From: Acidobacteriota bacterium
Lineage (GTDB): Bacteria; Acidobacteriota; UBA6911; RPQK01; JAJDTT01
Direction: 5' to 3'
DNA: 64,000 bases
NCBI GenBank assembly: GCA_965209055.1
Contig: OZ242374.1
Coordinates: 1,792,001 to 1,856,000, forward strand
Notes under the pieces: model-generated
The model's database searches: none
The model's input: only the letters and a program-made list of their open reading frames with translations
Told to the model about the DNA's origin: nothing
Translations under genes and position numbers: made by a program
Shown: positions 48,777 through 58,850 of the stretch, piece by piece
Layout: each line of letters starts with the position of its first letter
Position numbering within the stretch: the first letter of the stretch is position 1

Positions 48777-49063
48777 CAGAACAGCCAGTTCATGAAGTTC
48801 ACGGCCCCGATGGCCATGCCGACGCCGAAGATGATGCCGGCCAGCGCACGCTTCGAGCCTCCTTCGCCGAAGGCGAACATCAACCCTCCGATCACGACTG
48901 CCACCAGCGAGAGTCCCCATGCGATCGGTCCCGTGAACGTGGTCTCCAGCACGTTGACCGCATCTACCCAGGGACTCGTCCCCTGTCCCAGAACGACGGT
49001 CTGGAACAACAGCCAGAGGCCACTCAGGCAGGTGGCGTTTCGAGAAATCAAGTAACGTTGCAT
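48776..49063 (-). CDS. virB2: VirB2/TrbC pilin
   Basis: SPW..AV..L...FTGPIA..LSLVAVVIGGLMFAFGEG. Confidence 0.85.
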   Translation of the reverse strand: MQRYLISRNATCLSGLWLLFQTVVLGQGTSPWVDAVNVLETTFTGPIAWGLSLVAVVIGGLMFAFGEGGSKRALAGIIFGVGMAIGAVNFMNWLF

Positions 49064-49167
49064 CGTCTTCTTCCCTCCTTGAATGAATTCCGGGTCATTC
49101 AACCGAGACCCGTTGGCGCGGCAGTTCCGACCCCTTTTCTCCAACTCGTCTCCGGCCGATGAAGCCA

Positions 49168-49292
49168 AACCGGTTCCCGCACGCGCGTGTCTACAAATGC
49201 ATTCGGGAACCGGTGTGTTTTTCACGGCTTATCTGCTTGAAGGGATTGACGTTGAACCGGTTCCCGTTTGGTCTGGGAAACGGGAACCGGTT
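49168..49292. repeat. Iteron-like CGGGAACCGGT(T) repeats, candidate oriV
   Basis: Copies at 49168-49179 (inv), 49204-49214, 49255-49266 (inv), 49281-49292 at the 3' end of the primase gene. Confidence 0.65.
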
Positions 49293-51327
49293 TTCGGGGC
49301 TCTTCTGCGCTCCCGCTTGACCCGGAAACTTCACCGCCGATGAGACTCCACAGCACCTTCTGCTTCCCCTTCTCGTGCCGCTGCAAACGCCCTTGTCCGG
49401 CCAACTCCTTCAACACGCTGGCGATGGTGTCGTTCTTGCCCTCGACGTTGTCTCTCAAATCTCGGGTGGAGATCTCTTCTCCTGCGTGCGCCTCCAGGTA
49501 GGCTCGGATGTCCTCTTTGATACGATCCCGGGCCGCCTCTGTTCTCGCTTGGTTTCGCTCCTTCCGATCCTTTCTTCTCACCTGCTCTCTTCTGGCAATG
49601 TTGGCCGCCTCGATCTCTTCAGCCGTTTCTGTTCGCACTTCCCTCCACTGCCAGCCCCCGGCTACGATCGAGAAGGAAAGTGAGCGCCCCAGCGGCCCAA
49701 AGTTGGACTTGGCGTGCGTCATGACGCCCGCCGTTTTTTCCTCCGATTTTGGATCTTTCTGAACCACCAACGCCGAACGCGACGTGGCGACGTAGTCCAC
49801 GCTTCCCTGGATCGTCGCTTGGACTCCGTGGGTGGAACGAGTTCCATTGCTCTTGCGGGTGTGGGTGACGACCAGGATCCCCACGCCGCAATCGGAGGCG
49901 AAACCTGTCAGGGGATTCATCATTTGCCGAACGGAAATGGCCGTGTGCCCATCCACCTCCGCCGGCGTGAAAGCCGTCAGCGTGTCAATGACCACGAGCT
50001 TGTAGCCGTGTGTCTCCACCCCGGCCTTCAAGACCCGCAACAACTCCCCTTGCCTCCCGGCTGCAACCGACAGCCTCCTCAGGGATTTCGCCTCCGGATG
50101 GTGGGGGTCGAGAATCACGATCTCTTTCAAGTCGGCCTTGCAGGCCGCCAACCGCGGAACGATCGTTCTGGCTGCGTCATCCTCCAGGGACAGAATCGCC
50201 GTCTTGACCCTCGCGGTGTCGCGACCGAAAAACGGGGTGAGGCCCCGTGACAAGGACGCCGCCAAGGCCGTGCTCAGGAAGCTCTTTCCGCAGCCAGGAG
50301 CGCCGGCCATCAAGGTCAGCGCCCCGCTGGGCAGATACGGCTCCCAGATCCACTCCACCGGTCGAGGCTTGATCTCATCGGCCCTCACCAGGACCGTCCG
50401 GGCGACTCGTATAAGCCGCCGCTTCTCGTCCTCGTGGATCACTTTCGCTTGACCCAGGTAGTGCTCGACCTCGTCCCATCCCCAGCCATCCATGGCGATG
50501 GCGTCAGCCACGTCCCAGCCCGGTCGTCGGGCGCGTTCCGGATCGATCGAGCGGACCGCTGCCGCTCCGATTCGAGCGAGTCGTTCGGCCAGTTTGACCA
50601 TGCATTCCCGGCCTGTTCGGTCCGCGTCCGGCCACAACGTCACCTCACATCCGCTCAGGCCGTTCCAGCGGGTGCGCAAAACAGCGTTGCTGCCGCCCAT
50701 CCATGACAGGACGTCCGTCTCCTCCGCCAGTCCGGCCAGAGCATCGGCGCACTTCTCCCCTTCGACAATCACAATTGGGACTTCGGCCGACAGCGTCTCC
50801 ACGCGGTAGGGCCAACGCTCATTGGGGGCTCGGTTGGTCCACGTCCCTCCATGCGGTCCAACGGCGCGCAGCGTGTATGGGTCGGCTTTGCGGTCGGGCC
50901 GGTTGGCCGGGAAACGGTAGACGCGTGCGTACTCGTCTCCCGCCGGCGTGCGGTAGCGAAAGCAGGCCTCGTATTGGGTCGGCAGGTGCACCGGTGGCGC
51001 TTTTTTGATCGAACTCGATTGGTGAGAGCGCCGGTGACCGTTCCGTCTGGAGTGAAAACCTCTCTCAGTCCACGCTGTCAACCCGAGGTGCCGGGACTCT
51101 TGAAGAGCTTCCGCCTGGGACAGACCGCGGGTCCATCTCAGCCATTCCACGACGTGGCCGCCTTTGCTGCATCCGTGGCAGTACCACTTCCCCGTCGCCA
51201 CGTTGACCGAACAACTGGGCCTCTGGTCCTCGTGTGCCGGTGAAGGACACGAGCATCTTCGCTCGACGCCGTGGCCTCGACGCAACTCGGGACGGTCCTG
51301 AGAGTACAGACTCAAGTAGGAGGCCAT
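49222..51327 (-). CDS. Primase-helicase (CHC2 Zn finger, TOPRIM, AAA_25/RepA)
   Basis: CP..HED..PS....WYCHGC; VEGEKCAD, WPDAD..G; GAPGCGKS, VVIDTL, HTRK. Confidence 0.88.
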   Translation of the reverse strand: MASYLSLYSQDRPELRRGHGVERRCSCPSPAHEDQRPSCSVNVATGKWYCHGCSKGGHVVEWLRWTRGLSQAEALQESRHLGLTAWTERGFHSRRNGHRRSHQSSSIKKAPPVHLPTQYEACFRYRTPAGDEYARVYRFPANRPDRKADPYTLRAVGPHGGTWTNRAPNERWPYRVETLSAEVPIVIVEGEKCADALAGLAEETDVLSWMGGSNAVLRTRWNGLSGCEVTLWPDADRTGRECMVKLAERLARIGAAAVRSIDPERARRPGWDVADAIAMDGWGWDEVEHYLGQAKVIHEDEKRRLIRVARTVLVRADEIKPRPVEWIWEPYLPSGALTLMAGAPGCGKSFLSTALAASLSRGLTPFFGRDTARVKTAILSLEDDAARTIVPRLAACKADLKEIVILDPHHPEAKSLRRLSVAAGRQGELLRVLKAGVETHGYKLVVIDTLTAFTPAEVDGHTAISVRQMMNPLTGFASDCGVGILVVTHTRKSNGTRSTHGVQATIQGSVDYVATSRSALVVQKDPKSEEKTAGVMTHAKSNFGPLGRSLSFSIVAGGWQWREVRTETAEEIEAANIARREQVRRKDRKERNQARTEAARDRIKEDIRAYLEAHAGEEISTRDLRDNVEGKNDTIASVLKELAGQGRLQRHEKGKQKVLWSLIGGEVSGSSGSAEEPRKPVPVSQTKREPVQRQSLQADKP

Positions 51328-51573
51328 CTATCCCGACTTTTCTCCTCGAACCTGAGTTTGGCGGCTGGCCTCGATCATTCGGTTCAGCCAGTCGTTCACC
51401 TCCGACTCCACCCAGCCGACCGCCCGCTCTCCCAACGAGATGGGCTTGGGGAACCGGCCTTGAGACATGCGCAGGTAGATGCTGCTGCGGGACAACCCGG
51501 TCCGTCTCCGGACCGCCGGAAGTCTCAGGATTCGGGGCGACACGCTCGAACCATGCTCAATGTTCTTGTTCAT
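51328..51573 (-). CDS. alpA: AlpA-family regulator/excisionase
   Basis: ILRLPAVRRRTGLSRSSIY....G.FPKPISLGERAVGW.ESEV..W. Confidence 0.93.
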   Translation of the reverse strand: MNKNIEHGSSVSPRILRLPAVRRRTGLSRSSIYLRMSQGRFPKPISLGERAVGWVESEVNDWLNRMIEASRQTQVRGEKSG

Positions 51574-51594
51574 CAGAACTTGAGCCTAGCTGGG

Positions 51595-51779
51595 CAAGTT
51601 GGGCGATTAAAGCGCAAAAAATGCGCTGGTCGATTTTCGTAACTTCATTGAGATCAGTAGGTTACGGAAAGTGGAAGCGGACACAAAGATCCGTCGGCCG
51701 CAACGCGCGATCTTGGTAAGGGGTTTAGAATGAATGAGTTGCGGCTGGACAAGTTGGGCGGAAAAATTCCGCCCAACTT
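51595..51779. promoter_or_regulatory. AAGTTGGGCG repeats / 13-bp inverted repeat upstream of alpA
   Basis: CAAGTTGGGCG at 51595 and 51750; AAGTTGGGCGGAA-AAA-TTCCGCCCAACTT 51751-51779. Confidence 0.55.
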
Positions 51780-51784
51780 TTTTC

Positions 51785-52597
51785 TTACTTTTTCAGCTTC
51801 TTGCGGATGGTCTCCGGACTGAGGCCGCCTGCGATCGTCCGCTTGGCGAGCTGTTGGGCGTACCAGACGTCGGACATGCCCGGGCGCTCCCTTTTCAGTT
51901 TCCGATAAGCTTTTCGTATGGCTTGGTCCCTGGCTCGGGTGGCCAGCTTGCGTGCTTCCCGCCGCGTTCGGTTGGGCGTGTAACGGGGATCCACGGTCGT
52001 GGAAGTATCCACCAGTTGGCGAACCAGTGTGTTTTCCAGGCCGAAGCGACCATTGCGAAAGCGGAGCGCATCTGCCAGTGCGATGGCGCCGGATCCCGCC
52101 GCCAACTCCAACTCCCCCTCCTGCGTCCGAAGGCACAGCATCTGGTGGCGTTTCTCGCCGGCAGCCATGCCGATTTGCCGCAAGCCGGCCCTCCGGCTCC
52201 GGTTTCGCCCCGGCCGCAATTTCAGGCACTCGGCCACAAAGTCGCACAACGAAGTCGTACTGCATACCCACCGGGTCAATCGATCGATCCCAACCGGCAC
52301 CCGGTTGATGTCGGCGCGCTTGTCGCAGACGATAAACGAGTCCGATCGGCCGGTCTGGCCGGTGGAAGGGCGAGAAATATTCACCACCGTGTGAACCGGC
52401 ATCACGCATTGCTGCTCACATCCCGGACACACTGCGCTGGTGGCGGGCCGCGTCTTGCGGATGAGCCGCTGTATTTTCAGGGCCGCGACCGAATCATCCG
52501 GCCACCCGGCCAATTCCCGGGAGTCGATTCGGACCGCTTGGTCCGGGGAAGCGCCCACCCGATCCACGAGCTCGATCAGGACGGTTTCTGGACTCAT
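51785..52597 (-). CDS. Hypothetical protein with Cys motif and basic C-terminal HTH-like region
   Basis: CPGCEQQC...CDKR, SPETIRK; coupled to upstream gene. Confidence 0.7.
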   Translation of the reverse strand: MSPETVLIELVDRVGASPDQAVRIDSRELAGWPDDSVAALKIQRLIRKTRPATSAVCPGCEQQCVMPVHTVVNISRPSTGQTGRSDSFIVCDKRADINRVPVGIDRLTRWVCSTTSLCDFVAECLKLRPGRNRSRRAGLRQIGMAAGEKRHQMLCLRTQEGELELAAGSGAIALADALRFRNGRFGLENTLVRQLVDTSTTVDPRYTPNRTRREARKLATRARDQAIRKAYRKLKRERPGMSDVWYAQQLAKRTIAGGLSPETIRKKLKK

Positions 52598-52600
52598 CCC

Positions 52601-53797
52601 TTAGCTTTTCTCCCTCGGTTCCTTGAGTTCGATGCCGGAGGCTTCCAGCATCGCTCGCAGCTTCAGATCCCGCTCGTCGTATTTGAGCGAGCAGGAATTG
52701 GGGTACGAAATTCGGATGGCCACCGGCTGGGCTGGCTTGTCTGCATCCATCACCACCGAAGCCGCCAGCTCCACCTGCGTGACGCTGTACAGGTCCAGAG
52801 GGACGGAACGGCCATCCTTCTCCAAAAGGTCGTAGACTGCATCCGGGTTTTTGGAGACATCGGCTTCCACCGTAATCCGATCTCCCTTCCTCACTCTCGA
52901 GGACAACCACAGTTTGTTCACGGCCACGCTCTCGATCCCACTGCCCACGTCGTAAACGAAGCCAAAGCCACGCCGGCGCAGCGGGTCCAGATCGTAGACC
53001 CGTTCGTCGTCGGGATCGGGCGGCAGCCGGTCCAGTTTCAGAATAGCCGTGGCGAACATCCCTTGCAGCGGCTCCACGGCTCGGTAGGGTCCGCGAAAGT
53101 TCAAGTCCAGCGCGCCTTCCTGTTGCGAGTATACAAAGACCACCTCGAAGGTGGGATTGTGCGGACGCTGGTCGAATGCTCCCTTGACCCATTCAATCTG
53201 TTGCTGGGAGTAGTCTTCCGGATAGGCGAAAAAATAGTCCAGGTCACGCCGCCGGTAGGATTCCACCACGCAGTGTTTCCCGCGGCCCTCACTGCGGTGA
53301 AAGTAGGTGCGGATCAGGTCTGCCAGTTGCTCCAAGCTGCTTGAGTCCGTGTCGGCTGCACCGTGGCCCAGGTGCTTGCGCTTGCGCCAATAGGGGAGCG
53401 AGTCGGTATCGTAGAATCGGATGGCCCCTCTCCAGCATTCCGGATAATCCAGATAGGTGATCATGGCTCGATGGGAGTGGCCCGGCAGCGCCGACAACCT
53501 TTCGATGAAAGCCTTCAATCTCCCAGGATCATCCTGCCACCGCCAGCGCGCCTCATCAAAAATGGCCCACACCCCCTTCTCGCAACTCCTCTCAAGGATC
53601 TCTCTGAAATCGACCTCCATGGCGTTGCGCTGTTCGCCGGATAGCTCCAACTAGGCTGCGAACAACTCGTCCGGTTGGATTTCATTCATGGACGAGAAGT
53701 CCAAATCCCCGAACAGTCCTCGGCGCTCAAAATAGCGGGCCAGCAGGTCATTGGGCATCTGCCGGAAAAAGCTCCGGCTCGAATAGTGAAGGGCCAT
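52601..53797 (-). pseudogene. Island hypothetical protein with in-frame amber stop
   Basis: MALHYSSRSFFRQMPNDLLARYF... in frame from ATG 53797; TAG at 53651-53653 after codon 48. Confidence 0.75.
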
Positions 53798-53936
53798 GGA
53801 TCATCCCCGGACCATCCGTTCCGAGTGCTGCGAGGATTGGAAGCTTTTCCGACAGCTTACAATGGAACTCTGAACGGTTCGGGAAGTACCTTACCGGAGG
53901 CCATTGCCCAACATGCGCCGCGCAGAGGAGACGGGT

Positions 53937-54250
53937 TGAGGGTCTCCCCCAGAACGGGGCCATGAAGGATGCGATTCCCGACACACTCTGAACCAGGAAG
54001 GAGGATGTCGGATGAAGCGCAAGCGCGACTCGGTGGAGCAGAGCGTAGCGGCAGTGAAACGGCATGAGCTGCGGGTATCTGCCGCGGACCGAGGAGCAGA
54101 CGTTTTGTCGCTGGAAGAAGCAGTATGGTGGCCTGGAGGCTTCCGAGGTTCGGGAACTGAAACAGCTTCGGGAGGAGAACCTCAACGGCTGGTGGCTGAA
54201 TTGAGCCTGGACTAGGTGATGCTGCGGGATCTCGCCCGAAAAAATGGTAG
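53937..54250 (+). pseudogene. IS3-family (IS407-group) left end and decayed orfA
   Basis: MKRKR..., EQTF.RWKKQYGGLEASEVRELKQLREEN, LVAELSLD, A7 slippery site then TGGTAG. Confidence 0.8.
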
Positions 54251-54382
54251 GCGCATCTCCGGGCAGCCGTCGCTCTGTATTTCGCCTACTATGATTTCTG
54301 CCAGCTGCACGGGACGCTGAGGGTCACGCCGGCCATGGAAGCTGAGCTGACGGATCACGTCTGGACGGTGGAGGAATTGCTG
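54251..54382 (+). pseudogene. C-terminal fragment of IS1-family transposase
   Basis: AHLRAAVALYFAYYDFCQLHGTLRVTPAMEAELTDHVWTVEELL, homologous to the C-terminus of 23764-24543. Confidence 0.85.
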
Positions 54383-55245
54383 CTCGCGGCACCGGAAGGG
54401 CTGAAACGGGCGGCTGGACCTTCAGTTATCGCTCTTGCGAGGTGGAGGCGCGGGCGGTCGTGATGCAGGGCGTGGGGGCCAGGTCTTTTCCGTCAGGGTT
54501 TCTCCGGATTTGGGCATACTGCTGCTCCAAAGATCTGCACGTTTCGATCCAGGACGTCTCTTCAACTCCCGATCCTCAAGAATGCCAGCAGGCACGGCGC
54601 GACGGGTGGCCGCAGCTAATCACCGTTGCAACTCTTGGTTCCTCTTGAGAGCCACGTTGTCAGTGAGGTCGCCAAGGTCCATGCGGTTCCAGACCTTATC
54701 CCGCTCTGGTTCCAGATAGCTGCGCTCAAGAATGATTCCATGCAGCTCCGCAGCTTTCTTCGCGTGGTTCCCTGCGACAGCCCTATTCCCGGACAGCCTC
54801 CTGGGCGAAAAAAGACACCCGATCATCTCTAGACAGGCCAGCCGTTTTTTGGTACTTTGCCCCATGGCTTACTTGGGCAGGGAATCTGTGCCATCGAATG
54901 GCGGTGAAGCCCGGAAAGAACAAAGAACGTAGGAGTACGGGAAACCATGAGAGGAGGGCAGGTCTTAGGTGTGGGGCCCGCCGACGATCCCCCTTTCCAA
55001 CCATGGAGTTCATTGCAAGTTATCCGAGAAAGGCCCTCCGACGCAAATGGTCGATCTTCCGCCTAGTGGGTTTGTCAGGGATTTTGCAACTACCGACGAA
55101 TTTCAGCATCTTAGATTTTCTGGAGTGCCCTAATTTAGGGTCGAAGGGAGGGGGTGGCGCCTCCTTTTTGAGAGGGGCGTCATTCCATAATGTGTTCTGT
55201 TGCTAGGGTGTTCTAGTTTCAATCAACAAACCAAGGAGTTACACA

Positions 55246-57399
55246 ATGAAATCGTTGTTCAAAATTCTGGTTCTGGGCGCTGTCCCGATCCTCGCGGTCA
55301 CAATGGTCGCGGATCAGGCCCTCGCCGCCGACAAGGGCTCGCAGTTGATCTTCCAGAGCAACATGGCCCACCAAAGCTTCATCTCGGTTACAAACGCCAA
55401 TAACGGCAGGGCCGTTACGGTGCTGGTTCAGTACTACAACGATGAGATGAGTTTGGTTCTGTACTATCTCCGAGTTATTCCCGGTGGAGGCAACGTCCTG
55501 GTCGACCCCTTCAATCACGAGATTCCCGGGACGGCAGAGAAGGACGATGACGGTATGGAGATGGAGGGCACGGCAATAAACGTCAGCGACGTGCTCGCCA
55601 CACTTCCTCCAATGACGAACGACGATGATGGGGCCGGAGTGAATTCCGGTCGTTTTGCGATCGTCGTGACTGCAGTTGGTGCAAACGTGGGGGTGGACGC
55701 AAATGGTGACGGCACAATCGTCGATGTTGTCAGCCGCGAAACCGCTGGCGCTCCCGTTCCTGGCACTCCTAGAGCGCCACTCGCCGAAAACATAGCAGTC
55801 TCGGTGGGCGGTTATTACATCCTCGATGGTGCGGCCGTGCTTATCAGGAGAGAGGCTACGACCAATGACGATGGTGAAGTTACCGCGATCACATTAAGGG
55901 ACCCGAGGGCTACAGAGCCTACCGACGACAGTGACCAGCCTGCTGACCTTTTTGGGACTTCAGTCGAGACGAATCGATCCGCAATGGTGAACGTTCTCTT
56001 CCCCAGCTACTTGGCTGCAGGCATGCATGGCGTCGACAATATCGACAACGGTGGCAAATTTCGTCTTCTGGGTGGCAATAATCTTGGTTACACCAAGTCC
56101 AACGCGTCACCTACTAGTCCAGACGACACAACCTCCAAGAACGTCGGCGATTTGAATGTGGGCAACGCCATTCCGATCGCATTCAACCACCTGACAGGGC
56201 ATTTCACGGAAGCGCTGACCTCCACCGCATCGGGTGGGGCCGACCAGACCGCCTCCTGGGGTGGCACGCCAATAATCCGTCCGTCTGTTTCTAATACGGC
56301 TAACGCAATGATGTCTGCCAGACAGATTAACGGTACTGCATTGGATAGTGCTGCTAATCAGGAGACTGATGATGTCGTCTCTATGGTGGGCGACGACTAC
56401 CACGCTCTGACCGGTATGGATTCGGGGGTCCATTATCTAGTTTCCGCTCGCGGTCCAGAAGTCGACGTGGGCCCAACTGGTTCTGAAGACGTCACTCCCA
56501 CTTACACTTCTGCGAACACCACCTCATTTATTGTCTCCGACCTTCGCGTCGGCGACAATCCGGACGGTAACGATGCCGCCGGTACCGCAATCGACGCCCT
56601 TACTGCCGAGACGCTTGCTGCTCTAACCCATTCGAATGGCGCCGTACGGGGTGTGTTCGGTGGCCGTTTGGCAGAAAAGGACGCCGGTGGTGGCGAAGTG
56701 GCGAATGCAGTCACAAAGGGTTCCGGCATGAATAGAGGCCTCATGGGCGGAGCTCTGGTGTTGCCGGCTCTTCACGGTGGAGGAGCGGAGACCAAACAGA
56801 TCATGCTTTTCCTGTCTGCCGCGGATCATTTCGGTGGTGCGGGCGGTTACAAGTTGATGGCCGCCAAGACGAAGTACACGGTGACCGTCCATGACAATAT
56901 GGGGGACGTGTTGGCGGACCCGGAGGACGATCGAGTATTCGGTGGTTCGGGGGCGCCCGAGCTTGCGGGCGTCGGCATCATCGTCGAAGGTATCAGTGTG
57001 ATGACCGATGCGGGCGATTGTGGCGGAGACATGATCGACGGGCCTTGGACTGTCGATCATCTGACGGGGATCGTACCCACGGCGTCTTCAGGCGCAGGCA
57101 AATTTGGTGGTCTGGATGCCATGTTGGATCCTGCGAAGAACGCCACCCCGGGCTTCATCAAGTTCATGCGCGGCGGACTGACGTGCAAGAAGGATTTTGG
57201 AGACGGTAACAACGACGACGGCAACACTACCCCCGCCAAAGACGAGCGGACCTACGAAGGCGGTACGCTGATCGTGGAGAAGGCAAGCACAGACCGTGCA
57301 TTCGTCACCACGGGGCAAGCCCTGTTGAAGTTCCTGACGGCGAACTCGACTTTCGCAGCCTCTTGGTCCCTGAAGTCGCCTCCTTCTCCGGCGAACTAA
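55246..57399 (+). CDS. Secreted acidic Gly/Thr/Asp-rich protein (possible S-layer/surface protein)
   Basis: AAGGAG RBS, signal peptide ending ALA, FISVTN....AVTVLVQYYN, strong terminator. Confidence 0.75.
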   Translation: MKSLFKILVLGAVPILAVTMVADQALAADKGSQLIFQSNMAHQSFISVTNANNGRAVTVLVQYYNDEMSLVLYYLRVIPGGGNVLVDPFNHEIPGTAEKDDDGMEMEGTAINVSDVLATLPPMTNDDDGAGVNSGRFAIVVTAVGANVGVDANGDGTIVDVVSRETAGAPVPGTPRAPLAENIAVSVGGYYILDGAAVLIRREATTNDDGEVTAITLRDPRATEPTDDSDQPADLFGTSVETNRSAMVNVLFPSYLAAGMHGVDNIDNGGKFRLLGGNNLGYTKSNASPTSPDDTTSKNVGDLNVGNAIPIAFNHLTGHFTEALTSTASGGADQTASWGGTPIIRPSVSNTANAMMSARQINGTALDSAANQETDDVVSMVGDDYHALTGMDSGVHYLVSARGPEVDVGPTGSEDVTPTYTSANTTSFIVSDLRVGDNPDGNDAAGTAIDALTAETLAALTHSNGAVRGVFGGRLAEKDAGGGEVANAVTKGSGMNRGLMGGALVLPALHGGGAETKQIMLFLSAADHFGGAGGYKLMAAKTKYTVTVHDNMGDVLADPEDDRVFGGSGAPELAGVGIIVEGISVMTDAGDCGGDMIDGPWTVDHLTGIVPTASSGAGKFGGLDAMLDPAKNATPGFIKFMRGGLTCKKDFGDGNNDDGNTTPAKDERTYEGGTLIVEKASTDRAFVTTGQALLKFLTANSTFAASWSLKSPPSPAN

Positions 57400-57460
57400 G
57401 CGGGAAGGACCGTCGTTCCTTCTCAACCTTCTGGTTGGATGGGATCATCGGACCAAAGAT

Positions 57461-57500
57461 GGAAAAGGGGGGAGTCCAAAGCGGACTCCCCCCTTTTTTC
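57461..57500 (+). terminator. Rho-independent terminator (bidirectional)
   Basis: AAAAGGGGGGAGTCC-AAAGC-GGACTCCCCCCTTTTTT. Confidence 0.9.
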
Positions 57501-57698
57501 AATCCTGGTAACGGCATCCACGCCTTGGAGGCGGGTTTTCAAACCATCCTTCCTGCCTCCTAGCGGCGTGGAGATGCCCGACAGGGAGCCATCCCGAGCC
57601 GTTCGTTCACCGACAGTGACGACCGTGCGAGTTCCCCGGGCATCCCTGTGGCACCCCTGAAGGGGCCGCGTTGAGGCGGCCCCGCCGCAGGTTCCCTC

Positions 57699-58259
57699 GT
57701 GACTCTTCCTGAGCTCTTCCGCACGTTTCCCGACGAACATGGTTCTGCCCTGTGGTTGGCCGCGATCCGGTGGGGCGCACAGATCTGGTGCCCGGCCTGT
57801 GGATCGAAACGGACGTTCCTATCGGGTGTTCGTCACCCCCGTCATGCGTCCCAGCGCTACCGGTGTCGAGACTGCAAGGGCCATTTCAGCGTCCGCAAGG
57901 GGACGACCCTCCAAAAGACCAAAATCAGCCTGCGGGATTGGGTGTTGGCGATCCATTTGGTATCGACAGACACGGATCTGAAAACATCCAAGCTGACGTT
58001 GCATGACGCTTTGGGGATCAGCCGCCCGACGGCCGTTCGTGTAGCCAAGAAGCTTGAGATATTCCCGAAGAGGCGCAAACGGGGGAAGCCGAGACGGAAA
58101 TGGGGGTCCGTGTTGGTCGATCTGGAGATCCGCAATCTGAAGGTCCGAGCCTCAGCCTACGAGATCGCTAGAGAATTACTGCGGCAGTTGACCCCTCCGG
58201 ACCCAAGCCGGAGGATCATTTCCAATCCGAGGATTCTCAACTTTGACCACCCCCAATAA
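57699..58259 (+). CDS. IS1595-type Zn-ribbon + HTH protein lacking DDE domain
   Basis: FPDE, IRW....CPACGS, YRCRDCKGHFSVRKGT, ISLRDW..AI; no catalytic region follows. Confidence 0.72.
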   Translation: MTLPELFRTFPDEHGSALWLAAIRWGAQIWCPACGSKRTFLSGVRHPRHASQRYRCRDCKGHFSVRKGTTLQKTKISLRDWVLAIHLVSTDTDLKTSKLTLHDALGISRPTAVRVAKKLEIFPKRRKRGKPRRKWGSVLVDLEIRNLKVRASAYEIARELLRQLTPPDPSRRIISNPRILNFDHPQ

Positions 58260-58316
58260 CAGACTGCGATAGTGACTCTCCAGCCTCCTTTCTTCACATC
58301 CAGCCAGGATCAAAAC

Positions 58317-58850
58317 ATGGATCGACAGGAACTCGTCAACCGCGCCGCCGTCAGCGACCCCGGTACTCCCCGCGCCGTGCTCGAAGCACTGCCCAGCTGG
58401 ACGCTCGAACGCATAGCCGACCCCTCGCTAGTGCCACCGCGAGAAGGTGAGCCCGAGTTGGCTCGTATCGGACGCGCCTACGAGTTGCCTGGCGAAATAG
58501 GGTTTACGAGCGTGTACCAGATCAGGTTCGCGGACGCCACGGTCTATGTTGGATTTACCCGCCAACTGATTGTCGATCGGCTTGCCGACCAGTTGGGATT
58601 CGGGCGCGGCTGGGGAACGTTCTCCGTCATGCGCCGTGCCGAGGCTGGAATCTCCTACCGCATCGAATGCCTTGTTTCTGGCTTGTCAAGGGACGCTGCC
58701 CGCGCCCGCAGAGATGACGAGATCCGGGCGCTGAACAAGCCTTTGAACGGAACGTCCAGCGCCCGCTTTTGGCGCGATCCGATGGATCCACCACCCGAGC
58801 AGAGCGCAGTTGCCAGGTACTACTGCCGACGAGAAGAGCAAGATGAATGA
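58317..58850 (+). CDS. Hypothetical protein, GIY-YIG-like
   Basis: SVYQIRF....VYVGFT....RL....EI.....PLN. Confidence 0.5.
   Translation: MDRQELVNRAAVSDPGTPRAVLEALPSWTLERIADPSLVPPREGEPELARIGRAYELPGEIGFTSVYQIRFADATVYVGFTRQLIVDRLADQLGFGRGWGTFSVMRRAEAGISYRIECLVSGLSRDAARARRDDEIRALNKPLNGTSSARFWRDPMDPPPEQSAVARYYCRREEQDE

Larger units (their letters stand above)
34439..53797 (-). mobile_element. Conjugative element (ICE or integrated plasmid), MPF-T-like, integrase absent
   Basis: Co-oriented, mostly translationally coupled AlpA-primase-VirB2,3,4,9,10,5,6,8-wHTH-VirD4-VirB11-ArdC-relaxase; exact ends not defined. Confidence 0.85.

Noticed and set aside
53651-53653. Amber readthrough or recoding
   Set aside because: No suppressor tRNA or pyl genes seen, and TAG terminates core genes such as ndk; a nonsense mutation is more likely
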